A DNA stretch of 63,451 nt, filler included, from an uncultured Chlamydiae bacterium (GCA_937899275.1; 12 parts of 12 records of this genome joined end to end with filler, not necessarily neighbours in it), one strand, 5' to 3'; shown: positions 29,521 through 39,950, counted from the first letter of the whole stretch. The notes: a model not told the origin generated them from the letters alone. Translations and numbers: made by a program.

Positions 29521-30693
29521 ATGAAGTTGGAAAAATCTCTTGATCCTGTTGTTCTTCCAAAACTTGGGGAAAGCATTACTGAAGCCACTGTTGTCACTTG
29601 GCTTAAACAGGTAGGCGAATTTGTAGCTAAAGATGAGCCTTTACTGGAGGTTGCTACAGATAAAATCAATAGTGAAATCCCTGCTCCGACTAGCGGTACT
29701 CTTGTCGATGTGGTAGCTGCAGTAGGAGATACGATAGCTGTAGGCGATCCCTTGTGTTATCTAGAACAAGATACGAAAAAAGTTTCCCACAAAAAAGACT
29801 CTTCTGCAGCAGATTTTAGTCCTGCGGTTCTCCGCCTGATGCAAGAACATGGGCTTTCTTTTGAAGAAGTGCGAGAAGTAGAAGGATCGGGCCGAGAAGG
29901 GCGGGTTACCAAAAACGATCTACAAGCATATATTGCTCGAGGCGCGACTCCCAATCAAAAAAAAGACCTTTTATGTGGAGAAGCCATCAGCCGCGTCCCG
30001 ATGACGCCGCTTAGAAAAACCATAGCGCATAATATGGTGCGCTCTTTTTACCAAGCGCCTCACGCTTCTTTAGTCGCAGAAGTCGATGTGACTTCTTTAG
30101 TGAAATACATTAAGAAATATAGAGCAGCTATTCAGAAAAAGCATCAAGTTAAACTCACAATTACAAGCTTTGTAGCAAAAGCGCTTACATCCGCTATTCA
30201 CTTTTATCCTTTGATCAATTCTTCTTTAGAAGAAGATACGATTGTCATGAAAAAGTTTGTGAACTTAGGTATTGCCGTAAGTATCGAAGAGGGGGTCATT
30301 GTTCCTGTCATCAAACAGGCAAATCAACTATCTCTTCTAGAGCTTTCTAGAAATATTGCAGAGCTTGCCAATAAGGCAAGATCACAAAAGCTATCTTTAG
30401 AATCGACGATGCAAGGCTCCATTACTTTGACAAATTTCGGAATGGCTAAAGCAAAAATAGGCGTGCCTATTATTCGGTATCCTGAAGTTGCTATACTAGG
30501 TATGGGCGCAATTGAAAAGAAAGTAGTCGTCTTAGAAGATGATACATTTGGTATTCGTTCGATGATGCACCTTTCTTTGACGTTTGATCACCGGGTGATC
30601 GATGGGATGTATGGCTGCGGCTTTTTACAAGAAATTAAAACTCAATTAGAAAAAAAACTCCTTGAAGATGAAGCCCTCTCTTTCGATGATTGA
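29521..30693 (+). CDS. sucB: 2-oxoacid dehydrogenase E2 (dihydrolipoamide acyltransferase)
   Basis: Lipoyl ATDKINSEI, GSG.EGRVTK, FDHRVIDG; substrate class uncertain. Confidence 0.85.
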   Translation: MKLEKSLDPVVLPKLGESITEATVVTWLKQVGEFVAKDEPLLEVATDKINSEIPAPTSGTLVDVVAAVGDTIAVGDPLCYLEQDTKKVSHKKDSSAADFSPAVLRLMQEHGLSFEEVREVEGSGREGRVTKNDLQAYIARGATPNQKKDLLCGEAISRVPMTPLRKTIAHNMVRSFYQAPHASLVAEVDVTSLVKYIKKYRAAIQKKHQVKLTITSFVAKALTSAIHFYPLINSSLEEDTIVMKKFVNLGIAVSIEEGVIVPVIKQANQLSLLELSRNIAELANKARSQKLSLESTMQGSITLTNFGMAKAKIGVPIIRYPEVAILGMGAIEKKVVVLEDDTFGIRSMMHLSLTFDHRVIDGMYGCGFLQEIKTQLEKKLLEDEALSFDD

Positions 30694-31639
30694 ACAGCTT
30701 TTACAAGAACAAAGAAGGTACATCGAGTATTTTTTTTCTCATGTAGATGTATCTAAAACCCAGGAAATTTTACAAAAGCTTTTGCATACAAAAGGCACGA
30801 TCTTATTTTCTGGTGTAGGTAAAAGCGGCATCATCGCCCAAAAACTTGCCATGACTTTTTTATCTACAGGCACAAAAGCGCTGTACATGCCCTCGACTGA
30901 TGCAATGCATGGAGATCTAGGGATGTTGAACGCTGAAGATGTGTTTATTTTTCTGAGTAAAAGTGGAAATACCGAAGAACTTGTACGGCTTTTACCTTTT
31001 GTAAAAGATAAAAAAGCCTGCACAATTGCTTTTGTGTCAAATACCTCATCTAAGCTCTACCATGCGTGTGATTTTGCAGCGTATTTGCCAGTGGAAAGAG
31101 AGCTGTGTCCTTTTGATCTAGCTCCCACGACATCAGCAGAAGTGCAGCTGATGTATGGGGACTTACTAGCCATGGCGATGATGATGAAAAAAAACTTTAG
31201 CTTACAAGATTTTGCGCAAAACCACCCTGCAGGAGCAATTGGAAAACGTCTATTTGTCAAAGTAGAAGATCTAATGCGTAAAGAAGAAGAGGTTCCTCTA
31301 TGCTCTTTTGGGGAAAAGCTCATCGATCTTTTGTGTAGGCTTTCAGAAAAAAAGTCGGGGTGTTTATTCATTGCTGATGAAAAACGAAGTCTTCTAGGGA
31401 TTTTTACCGATGGAGATTTACGAAGAGCCATTCAAACCTACGGTCCCAAAGCGCTCGAGAAAAATATTGAAGATCTCATGAACCCTCATCCTAGGTGGAT
31501 AGAAAGACATGTTCTTGCATCAGAAGCTCTCGGTAAAATGGAAGAAAAAAAGCATAGCCCCATCACCGTTATGCCTGTTATTGAAAAAGGAGTCGTTGTG
31601 GGGATTATTCGGATGCACGACATTTTGCAGGCTCTTTAG
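30662..31639 (+). CDS. kdsD: Arabinose-5-phosphate isomerase KdsD/GutQ (SIS+CBS)
   Basis: GVGKSG, HGDLG, SKSG.T.E, APTTS, HP.G.IG, GIFTDGDLRR. Confidence 0.93.
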   Translation: MKMKPSLSMIEQLLQEQRRYIEYFFSHVDVSKTQEILQKLLHTKGTILFSGVGKSGIIAQKLAMTFLSTGTKALYMPSTDAMHGDLGMLNAEDVFIFLSKSGNTEELVRLLPFVKDKKACTIAFVSNTSSKLYHACDFAAYLPVERELCPFDLAPTTSAEVQLMYGDLLAMAMMMKKNFSLQDFAQNHPAGAIGKRLFVKVEDLMRKEEEVPLCSFGEKLIDLLCRLSEKKSGCLFIADEKRSLLGIFTDGDLRRAIQTYGPKALEKNIEDLMNPHPRWIERHVLASEALGKMEEKKHSPITVMPVIEKGVVVGIIRMHDILQAL

Positions 31640-32144
31640 CCGGCAAAACCTGAGCGATTTTCTGGAACGTATGTTCACAAAAATAGGGTAGGAAAATATC
31701 ACATCCCCATTTCTTCCCTTTTTTCTGCATTTTTTTTACAGAAAATGTGGGGTGATGTAGGAGCAACCCTTCCGATAAAGAAGCCATCAAATCGATGGCA
31801 AGTCCATACTTTAAGCCTTTTTCCTGATAAGAAATAGAGCGTATTGTTTCCACAGGAATGGAAAAAACGCTGATTGCGCCCGATTTATAGGTAAATGTTT
31901 TTCCCTGAATCACAATGTGGTTTTTTGAGGGGAAAAAATAGGCTTTTTTTATATAGAGGCTGCTAAAAAAAAGACTCACTGTAACTAGCGGGCTTAACAG
32001 AATCAGCTGCGCGCTATTTTGAAGACCCATCCAAAAAATGGATAAACTACCTATTAGTAGGATAATCCAACTTTCTACAGCGTAAAGGCGCGATTTTTTT
32101 AGAAGCTTCTGGTTTTTTTTCGTGTAAATGATCCATTCTTCCAT
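31605..32144 (-). CDS. Hypothetical membrane protein
   Basis: Two TM segments followed by a soluble domain. Confidence 0.6.
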   Translation of the reverse strand: MEEWIIYTKKNQKLLKKSRLYAVESWIILLIGSLSIFWMGLQNSAQLILLSPLVTVSLFFSSLYIKKAYFFPSKNHIVIQGKTFTYKSGAISVFSIPVETIRSISYQEKGLKYGLAIDLMASLSEGLLLHHPTFSVKKMQKKGKKWGCDIFLPYFCEHTFQKIAQVLPAKEPAKCRASE

Positions 32145-32239
32145 AATTTTGACTATAGCAAATTCTTGTTAGATCGTAGAGAAATTTTTACGATCAATAA
32201 ATCTTCGATGATGTAGTTTACAATTGGAGGCGGTAATCT

Positions 32240-33511
32240 ATGATCTCAACAGAAATTTTCATCGGTCTTATTTTTATTGTAGGCTATTTAGTCATCGTTT
32301 TTGAAAGCATATTGAAAATCAATAAGACAGCAGCAGCGCTGATTATGGCGACTATCTCTTGGGCAGCTCTTTTTGCTCTTACACCGGAAAACCTTGCCGA
32401 AAACACCCAAAAGCTGGGCTATCACGTCAATAGCGTCAGCCAAATCATCTTTTTTTTACTTGGCGCTATGACGCTTGTAGAAATGATCGATTCTCATCAG
32501 GGGTTTCGGATCATCACAGATGCGATCAATACCCGGGCAAAACGAAAAATGCTGTGGCTGATTGGCGCAATCACATTTTTTCTTTCCTCTCTTTTAGATA
32601 ATTTGACCACAACCATCATCATGGTTTCTTTACTGAGAAAATTGGTGCATGATCCTGTAGAAAGAAGGTATTTAGGAGCCTCTGTTGTGATTGCAGCAAA
32701 TGCAGGAGGCGCTTGGACGCCAATTGGAGATGTCACAACAACAATGTTATGGATTGGTGGGCAGTTGAGCACAACTTCTGTGATGAAAAGTCTGTTTTTT
32801 CCAAGCATCGTCTCCACAATCACCGCTTTGGGTTTTCTCAGTACGAAATTTCGGGGAAAATACGATCTGTTGCGAAGTGAACATTCCCATGTATATGAAC
32901 CTGGTGCAAAAGTGGTATTTACTACAGGTATGTGCGCATTTATTGCAGTACCGATCATTAAAGCGCTCACAGGCCTTCCTCCTTTCATGGGGATGTTGAC
33001 CGGTCTTGGCGTGCTTTGGTTGATTACAGACCTTCTTCACCGTAATGATGAGAATAGAAGTCATCTACGCGTACCGCATGTATTAACAAAAATCGATACG
33101 TCTGGAGTCCTTTTTTTTCTCGGTATTTTGTTTGCTATCCATGCGTTAGAAACGGCAGGGCTTCTGCAAAATATTGCCTGGTTTTTAGAAGAATATGTGC
33201 ATAGCCGTTCACTAATCGCTCTATCTATTGGGCTTTTTTCCTCGATTGTAGATAACGTTCCTTTAGTGGCAGGAACAATGGGGATGTATCCGATCGAGCT
33301 ATATCCCCAAGACTCTTCTCTTTGGCAGATGATTGCGTATACGGCAGGCACAGGTGGAAGCATTTTGATCATAGGCTCCGCCGCAGGTGTAGCGCTTATG
33401 GGAATGGAGAAAGTGGATTTTCTTTGGTATGCAAAAAAGATCTCTATCAGCGCTCTTGTGGGATATTTTGCAGGGTTTATTGTCTATCTGTTAGCGCAGT
33501 TTTTATTTTGA
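32240..33511 (+). CDS. nhaD: Na+/H+ antiporter NhaD
   Basis: LDNLTT, ANAGGAWTPIGDVTTTMLW, VDNVPLV, GTGGS.LIIGSAAG. Confidence 0.93.
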   Translation: MISTEIFIGLIFIVGYLVIVFESILKINKTAAALIMATISWAALFALTPENLAENTQKLGYHVNSVSQIIFFLLGAMTLVEMIDSHQGFRIITDAINTRAKRKMLWLIGAITFFLSSLLDNLTTTIIMVSLLRKLVHDPVERRYLGASVVIAANAGGAWTPIGDVTTTMLWIGGQLSTTSVMKSLFFPSIVSTITALGFLSTKFRGKYDLLRSEHSHVYEPGAKVVFTTGMCAFIAVPIIKALTGLPPFMGMLTGLGVLWLITDLLHRNDENRSHLRVPHVLTKIDTSGVLFFLGILFAIHALETAGLLQNIAWFLEEYVHSRSLIALSIGLFSSIVDNVPLVAGTMGMYPIELYPQDSSLWQMIAYTAGTGGSILIIGSAAGVALMGMEKVDFLWYAKKISISALVGYFAGFIVYLLAQFLF

Positions 33512-33541
33512 TCTACTAGGGCAATTGGGCGCCGTCTTTCC

Positions 33542-34432
33542 TTAAGTACGCGCTCTTATTCCTCTATTTGCTTCAAGTAATTGGACTACGTTTCTATGGC
33601 GACATAGATGAGCAAGATCAAGGGGTGTATGACCTTTGAAACCAGGTTGATTAATGTTTGCACCACGCTCCAGGAGTAATCTCACCATTTCATCATGCCC
33701 CTGTTCTGCTGCCCAGTGTAGTGGTGCATTGCGATTGTATGCGGGTATATTTGGACTAGCTCCCTTTTCCAGAAGCAGCCTAGCAATATTTATATTATTG
33801 AATACTACAGCAACGTGCAGAGGTGCGAGGCCTTTCCTGCTGAGCTTGTTCATGTCTACCTTACGCTGAAGGAGTAATGAAACCATTTCGTAACTATCGC
33901 ACATTATAGCGCAGTGGATTGGATCCGCTCCTTTTTCAAGGAGCAATTGTACAACATCTGTATGGCCTTCTTTGCTAGCCTTAAGTAATAACGGATATAG
34001 CTGCTCAGCGCTTAAAGTCTGTAGATTCTGGATCGTTTTTTCAGCATTTAATCCTGTTTGTGTATCAGGGAAATCATATACGCAGATTCCATCGGGTAGG
34101 GGATACGTTTTTGCCATTAGGTTGATTGCTTTAAAAGGTGCTAAAAGGTATGCATTTGCACTTCGAATATCTGGATTTGTTTGATGCAAGCCGTATTGTT
34201 TTGCTCTTCTGATTAATTGGTTATTACCAACCAACCTTCCTTTTTGATTTACTTTAGCGAAGTTATTTAAGTCAGAAGAAGGAAGGTATGCACAAATGTG
34301 ACTTAATAATGCAGCGGGAAGAGGTAAGGGTTTGGTGTTTTGACTCACTAAGGCGTTGGTCCTTTCAGCAGCTTCGTTTGTAAATTGTTTAATCTTTTCG
34401 ACTTTATACTTGGCAGCTAAAGAGTAAAATAA
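33542..34432 (-). CDS. F-box + ankyrin-repeat protein (frame open to contig end)
   Basis: LPAALLSHICAYLPSSDLNNFAKVNQ F-box-like; repeats PLH.A...G...V.LLL..GA. Confidence 0.85.
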   Translation of the reverse strand, partial: LFYSLAAKYKVEKIKQFTNEAAERTNALVSQNTKPLPLPAALLSHICAYLPSSDLNNFAKVNQKGRLVGNNQLIRRAKQYGLHQTNPDIRSANAYLLAPFKAINLMAKTYPLPDGICVYDFPDTQTGLNAEKTIQNLQTLSAEQLYPLLLKASKEGHTDVVQLLLEKGADPIHCAIMCDSYEMVSLLLQRKVDMNKLSRKGLAPLHVAVVFNNINIARLLLEKGASPNIPAYNRNAPLHWAAEQGHDEMVRLLLERGANINQPGFKGHTPLDLAHLCRHRNVVQLLEANRGIRART

Positions 34433-34532
34433 NNNNNNNNNNNNNNNNNNNNNNNNNNNNNNNNNNNNNNNNNNNNTTAATTAATTAANNNNNNNNNNNN
34501 NNNNNNNNNNNNNNNNNNNNNNNNNNNNNNNN
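34433..34532. other. Artificial contig linker
   Basis: N44-TTAATTAATTAA-N44. Confidence 0.99.
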
Positions 34533-34550
34533 GCGGTTAGCAACCTCTAC

Positions 34551-34584
34551 GAATCTCCTTCCTTTAGGTGGGAGAGGATGTCAA
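34551..34584 (+). mobile_element. IS200/IS605-family (TnpB) right end / reRNA 3' hairpin
   Basis: GAATCTCCTTCCTTTAGGTGGGAGAGGATGTCAA resembles the GAATCCCC..CTTTAG..GGGGAGGATGTCAA right-end pattern. Confidence 0.75.
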
Positions 34585-34657
34585 CAGAAACGATCTATGA
34601 AAACCTACTTCCTATGCTGTTCAAACAGGTAGTTGCCAAAACCTTTATTGTAAGGTC

Positions 34658-35221
34658 TTATTGGTTTTGAAGAAAAAGATCGCGTAGTTGCTTCTGTTGT
34701 TCTTTTTTTATTAGTTTTTCTTTTGAGCCAGTAGCAATAGGAAAGAAAAATGCTTGCTGCCAATTCTGCGTTTTTTTTGCATGTGAAACTACATCTTCCC
34801 ACGGGGCAAAGACTCTAAAAGAAAGTTTTCCTCGTAGGCGCTGCATACGGTTAGCTAGTGATAGGCCTTCAGAAAAGATCCCTTTTTCTACTAACACCTT
34901 TTTTGGAAAGATAAACTGACCTCGGTTTTTTTCCTGCATATCAGATACATCTACGACTAAAAAATCGACATGATTTACTAGAGCATCTAACGGGACTATA
35001 ATCCCTTGTACTCTAGTATATACAGCGACAAAATGCCCTATTTTTTTAGGGGTGATTTTCCCGATTCTAAATAGAACGTTTCGTCTATTTACTTGCAAGG
35101 CGCAAGCTGCATAAGCGGTATTTTCTTTTTCTAGTACAGGGGATTTTGTGATGCGTATACCCGATGGAAGATAGATCTCGTCTATAGCTGCAAGAAGTAG
35201 CTCTGGAATAGATTGTTGCAT
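34658..35221 (-). CDS. MepB-family protein
   Basis: EKEN..Y.A, FRIGKITPKKIGHFV, GQFIFPK..L..KGI, GK..FRV..PW. Confidence 0.8.
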   Translation of the reverse strand: MQQSIPELLLAAIDEIYLPSGIRITKSPVLEKENTAYAACALQVNRRNVLFRIGKITPKKIGHFVAVYTRVQGIIVPLDALVNHVDFLVVDVSDMQEKNRGQFIFPKKVLVEKGIFSEGLSLANRMQRLRGKLSFRVFAPWEDVVSHAKKTQNWQQAFFFPIATGSKEKLIKKEQQKQLRDLFLQNQ

Positions 35222-35416
35222 AGTTTGTATCTTTTAGGATGCTTATTTTCAAGGTCTTCTGGATCGGGTGTAAAAGCCTGTAGATCTCTTATTCATGTAA
35301 GGAGCTTCTTTAGGGCAAAAGAGGCGCACTTTAATCTACTTTATCTATACTAGCGCTTATCGATAATGAAATGAAGAGCGCAGTTGAACCAAGTGGATAT
35401 AGATGAAAGGATGGTT

Positions 35417-35821
35417 TTAGCTAAATAGAGCAATCAGTATACCGCCTCTTGCTGTCCATAAAAAGGTGCGTAAAAGATGGATTTGCATGAGACGATCGAG
35501 TACTTTCTGGGTTTTTCTACGCTCTAACTTCTGGTGGCATCTAAATGCGAAGAGCGTTGTGACCCACACAAAAGCTAAAAATAGAGTAGATAATAAAAAT
35601 AAAGGCTGCAGGGGATAAAATAGTACAATTAATACCGCGCTAAGCGCCTCAAAAAATAGAGGAAATAGCACAAGAGAGGTGGTTTTTGCTTGGTGCAATG
35701 AAGAGTAGTTTTTAAATAACTCTTTGGGCACTTCTTGAAATAAAGGATAATGCACTCCTAAGACAAACCAGCTTAGACCAATTAAAAACCAAGTAACGGC
35801 AAAATGTAAGACAAACAGCAT
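35417..35821 (-). CDS. Small 4-TM membrane protein
   Basis: GLSWFV..VHYPLF..V, H.KL, RTFLWTARG. Confidence 0.7.
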   Translation of the reverse strand: MLFVLHFAVTWFLIGLSWFVLGVHYPLFQEVPKELFKNYSSLHQAKTTSLVLFPLFFEALSAVLIVLFYPLQPLFLLSTLFLAFVWVTTLFAFRCHQKLERRKTQKVLDRLMQIHLLRTFLWTARGGILIALFS

Positions 35822-35914
35822 ATTTTTTTTGTAACACAGAGAAAAAAAAAGAGCAAAAAATCTTTGCAGCTATAAGGTATTGAGAGCCGTTTTTTATTTT
35901 GTTACACTATATCT

Positions 35915-36484
35915 ATGCATAAAAAATGGGTAGGAATAGATTTTGGAGCAAAAAATAGGAGAACAACTGCCTACTGCTGGCAGGAAAACGCGCTACTTCA
36001 CGTAGAGCTTTGTCCTGCAAAAATCGACGTAGATGCATGGCTTTATCAAGAGATGATCAAAGCTGGAGTGCAGGCGGTTTTCATCGATGCGCCATTATCT
36101 TTGCCGAAGATCTATTTTGATCCAGAAGATACCCAAAGCACCCACCATTACCGAAGAGCAGATATCGAGCTGAAGGCTATGTCTCCTTTATTTTTGGGAG
36201 GACTTACGGCAAGGGCTATTGCTCTTGCATCCAAGCTAAAAAAAAGTCAGATTGCATGCTACGAGACCTATCCTAAAGCGGTGAGAAACCAGCGATTTTC
36301 TGGAAAAGAAAGACAAGAAGCCTTAGTAGATTTGCAAAAAAGCGCTTCTGTACAAATAGAAAATATCTCATCTCTTAGCGTTCACGCCCAAGATAGCGTT
36401 TTTGCCTGGTTTGCAGGCTACATGTATATGCAAAAACAATCGTTGATCTTTGGCAGGCAAGAGGAGGGGCAGATTTTTTTATGA
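35915..36484 (+). CDS. DUF429-like predicted nuclease (RNase H fold)
   Basis: VGIDFG, FIDAPLSLP, R.AD, ETYP, H..DS. Confidence 0.7.
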   Translation: MHKKWVGIDFGAKNRRTTAYCWQENALLHVELCPAKIDVDAWLYQEMIKAGVQAVFIDAPLSLPKIYFDPEDTQSTHHYRRADIELKAMSPLFLGGLTARAIALASKLKKSQIACYETYPKAVRNQRFSGKERQEALVDLQKSASVQIENISSLSVHAQDSVFAWFAGYMYMQKQSLIFGRQEEGQIFL

Positions 36485-37983
36485 TGGAAAAAAAAATAGG
36501 CCTTGTGTGGCTAAAAAAAGATCTTCGATTGCAAGATCATGCCCCTCTTCAATGCGCTTTACAGCGTCATGAAAAGGTGCTGGTATTTTACGTATTTGAG
36601 CCAGGATACTGGAAGCTGCCTTTTACCTCATTTCGTCAGTGGAGCTTTATCTATGACTGTTTGTGTTCTTTACAGAAAGAGGTGGAACAAAGGGGAGGAA
36701 GTCTCCTATTTTTTAAAAGAGACATGCTCCACCTTTTAGAAGACCTGCAACAAAAATGGCCCCACATTTCTTTGTATTCTCATGAAGAGACAGGAGGTGA
36801 TTGGACGTATAAAAGAGATCAGTCAGTACAAGCTTGGTGCCAAAAGCACGATATTGTATGGCAAGAGTTTTCCTCAAATGGTGTAGTTCGCTAATTAAAA
36901 CGCCGAGATGATTGGGCAAAAATCCACCATCAGAGAATGAGCACGCCTCCTTTAGACGCCCCTTTTTCCCTTGAAAAAACCTGCATCGATGTCGACATCA
37001 AGGGAGATGTTCTTCCGAAGCCGAGCTGTTTTGCCGATTATTTTCCTGAAGAAAAAACCCAAAAAGGGGGATTGGAAAACGGAAGAGCGGTTTTATATAG
37101 TTTTCTGCAAAAAAGAGCAGAAAACTACCTTTCTTGTATTGCTAAACCTGAAAAAGAAGATACCTCATCGAGGCTTTCTCCTTTTTTGACTGCAGGTGTA
37201 TTTTCAATGAGAGAGGTGTTTCATGCGGTACGAAAAAGAGAAAAACAGGCCAACTCTTCTTGGATGAGGCGTAATCTACGCGCATTTTCTTCTAGGCTAT
37301 ACTGGCGCTGTCATTTTATCCAAAAGTTAGAAGATGAGCCTGCTATCGAGTTTCACTCAATGCATAGGGGATGCGATGATCTAAGACCAAGGCCAAGCGA
37401 TCCTCAGAAACTCCTTGCTTGGAAAGAGGGGAAAACGGGGTATCCTCTAGTCGACGCTTGCATGCGCTCTTTACGTAGTACAGGATGGCTGCCTTTTAGA
37501 ATGCGGGCTATGGTCATGAGTTTTGCAAGCTACCACTTATGGCTAGACTGGAGAGATACTTCTCCTATTTTAGGAGCGTTATTTACCGACTATGAACCAG
37601 GTATTCATCATGCGCAGGTGCAAATGCAAAGTGGCGTTACTGGCATCAACACCTTTCGTATGTACAATCCCATCAAACAATCTGAGGATCATGATCCTCA
37701 AGGCGTCTTCATCAAAACTTATGTGGAAGAGCTTCGAGCCATCCCTCAGGAATGGATCCACGCCCCTTGGCTTATGCCGCCTCTTATCCGCTTATCTTTA
37801 GGTGTGGAGATTCCTTTTCTTTATACCCAGCCTATCATCGATCATAAATTTGCCATTGCAAAAGCTAGAAAAGCCTTTGGAGAAAAGCTCCACGAAAAAC
37901 AGTTTCAAGAAGAAGCAAAGCGGGTGTATGAGAAGCACGGTTCTAGAAAAAAACGTGCAAAAAATAGCCGCCGTATGGACTAA
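36481..37983 (+). CDS. DNA photolyase/cryptochrome family protein, split by in-frame TAA 36892-36894
   Basis: VWLKKDLRLQDH, SRLSPFL, W..GKTGYPLVDACMR, GWLPFRMR, DYEPGIH, RMYNP..Q..DHDP. Confidence 0.9.
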
Positions 37984-37990
37984 TACAGAT

Positions 37991-39451
37991 ATGTCTTTTT
38001 TTTTATTATTACCTACCCATCTTTTCCCTATCGAGTATCTCGAAAAACACCGACAAAAAACATTGGTTCTGATTGAAGCCTATGATCTTTTTACCCGGTA
38101 TAAGTACCATAAAAAGCGGCTGGTTTTTCTGATAGAATCGATGAGAAGATATCGAGATCTACTCAAAAACAGCGGATTTTCGCTCAAATATATTTCTTTA
38201 GATCCTCATCAAACCTTATTATCTTCCCTTGGATCTATTGTAAAAAAGGGGGAGCCTGTAGATAGCTTCCAAATCGAAGAGCGCTTTTTACAAGAGATTC
38301 TTCAAGAATTTTTTACGCAGAAATCAATCCAATATACCTCACATGAAAGCCCACTATTCCTGCACACAGAAGAGGAGTTTTCTGCATTTTTTGCGAAAAA
38401 AAAACGGGTGCAAATGCGGATATTTTATGAAAAAGCCCGCGTTAAGCTCAATCTTTTGATGGATGAAGGTAGGCCTTGTGGCGGCAAATGGAGTTTTGAT
38501 GCAGACAACCGAAAACCTCTACCAAAAAAACAGCCGGTTTTTCCGAGGGCATTTCCAAAGCCCTCAGCATACCATGCAGAAGTGCAAAAATGTGTATCTG
38601 AGCATTTTCCAGATCATCCAGGTGATGTCGAAGGTTGTTTTTTACCTACATCAAGAAAAGAGGCAATGCAGTGGCTAGATCAGTTTTTTGTAGGGTATTT
38701 TTCTTTATTTGGTCCATATGAAGATGCGATTTCAACAAGAGATCCTTTTTTGTTTCATTCGGCGCTTTCTCCTCTTTTAAATATAGGCCTTCTAACGCCA
38801 AAAGAAGTGGTCGAAAAAGCCATCACCATTGAAGGCGTTTCTCTAAATTCTTTAGAGGGGTTTATCCGACAAATCATCGGATGGAGAGAATTTATTAGGG
38901 GAGTAGATGCACATCATGGTAGCTTCCAGGAAAAAAGCAATTTTTTTTCACACAAAAGAAAAATGCAATCCTCATGGTATGAAGGATCAACAGGGATTGT
39001 ACCTTTAGATGATGCGATAAAAAAATCTCTTCGTTACGGCTACTGCCATCATATAGAAAGGCTCATGCTCTTAAGCAATTTGATGCTTCTTGCAGAAATC
39101 GATCCTAAAGAAGTATTTCACTGGTTATTGAGCTACTTTGTCGACAGCCATGATTGGGTAATGGCTCCCAATGTTTATGGTATGGGACAATTTAGCGATG
39201 GGGGGATTTTTGCAACGAAACCCTATTTTTGCGGCTCTAATTATCTTTTAAAAATGAGCGATTATAAAAAAGATAGCTGGTGTGATGTCGTAGATGGTCT
39301 TTACTGGCGGTTTGTAGAAAAAAAACGGGATTTTCTAGGAAAGCATCCCCGCCTTTTAATGATGGTACGCCTGCTAGATAAAATGGATCCATCAAGAAAA
39401 CAGCAGATTTTCTCTAAAGCAGAGCGTTTTTTAAAAGAACATACAAGCTGA
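37991..39451 (+). CDS. Bacterial (6-4) photolyase / CryPro (DPRP) family, lacking FeS cysteines
   Basis: HKKRL, GGKWSFDADNRK, FG.YEDA, LFHS.LS..LNIGLL, EGFIRQIIGWREF, HHIERLM, KPY. Confidence 0.88.
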   Translation: MSFFLLLPTHLFPIEYLEKHRQKTLVLIEAYDLFTRYKYHKKRLVFLIESMRRYRDLLKNSGFSLKYISLDPHQTLLSSLGSIVKKGEPVDSFQIEERFLQEILQEFFTQKSIQYTSHESPLFLHTEEEFSAFFAKKKRVQMRIFYEKARVKLNLLMDEGRPCGGKWSFDADNRKPLPKKQPVFPRAFPKPSAYHAEVQKCVSEHFPDHPGDVEGCFLPTSRKEAMQWLDQFFVGYFSLFGPYEDAISTRDPFLFHSALSPLLNIGLLTPKEVVEKAITIEGVSLNSLEGFIRQIIGWREFIRGVDAHHGSFQEKSNFFSHKRKMQSSWYEGSTGIVPLDDAIKKSLRYGYCHHIERLMLLSNLMLLAEIDPKEVFHWLLSYFVDSHDWVMAPNVYGMGQFSDGGIFATKPYFCGSNYLLKMSDYKKDSWCDVVDGLYWRFVEKKRDFLGKHPRLLMMVRLLDKMDPSRKQQIFSKAERFLKEHTS

Positions 39452-39520
39452 TTTTCTGCTATTTACAAAAAATTCTTTATGGATATAGATTGCTTTCGTC
39501 AACAAAGACGGAGGTTTTTT

Positions 39521-39940
39521 ATGGACACTTTAGTAAAAAAACAAAAGCAAAGTCTTCCAAATAAATCTTTATGGGATTTTCCCTCAGTATTTTCTGGGTT
39601 CGATGTATTCGATTATACCCCTTCAGGTTTAAGCGTATCAGAAGATGATCAGGCTGTTTATGTCCAAGTGCAGGTGCCTGGTATCGATGTACAGGATATT
39701 CATGTGGAGTATGCTGATGGGTATTTGACTGTGCATGCAGAAAAAAAAGAGGAGAAAACAGAGAAAAAATACTACAGAAAGTCCCAAGATGTGTTTTCCT
39801 ACGCTCTTCATGTACCAGGAAATATCAATCACCATAAAGAGCCTAAAGCAGAACTACAAAAAGGTATTTTAACGATTTCTTTTGTAAAAGAAGAAGAAAA
39901 ACAGCTGGCCAGCCCGGTTAAAGTACGCCAGATTGATTAA
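39521..39940 (+). CDS. Small heat-shock protein Hsp20
   Basis: GGAGG RBS; VPGI...DI.V....G.L.V.AE, A.L..G.L.I. Confidence 0.88.
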   Translation: MDTLVKKQKQSLPNKSLWDFPSVFSGFDVFDYTPSGLSVSEDDQAVYVQVQVPGIDVQDIHVEYADGYLTVHAEKKEEKTEKKYYRKSQDVFSYALHVPGNINHHKEPKAELQKGILTISFVKEEEKQLASPVKVRQID

Positions 39941-39950
39941 TCTCAAAAAA

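Noticed and set aside
37802..37990. N-terminal extension of the second photolyase
   Set aside because: Overlaps the upstream gene; family similarity starts at ATG 37991
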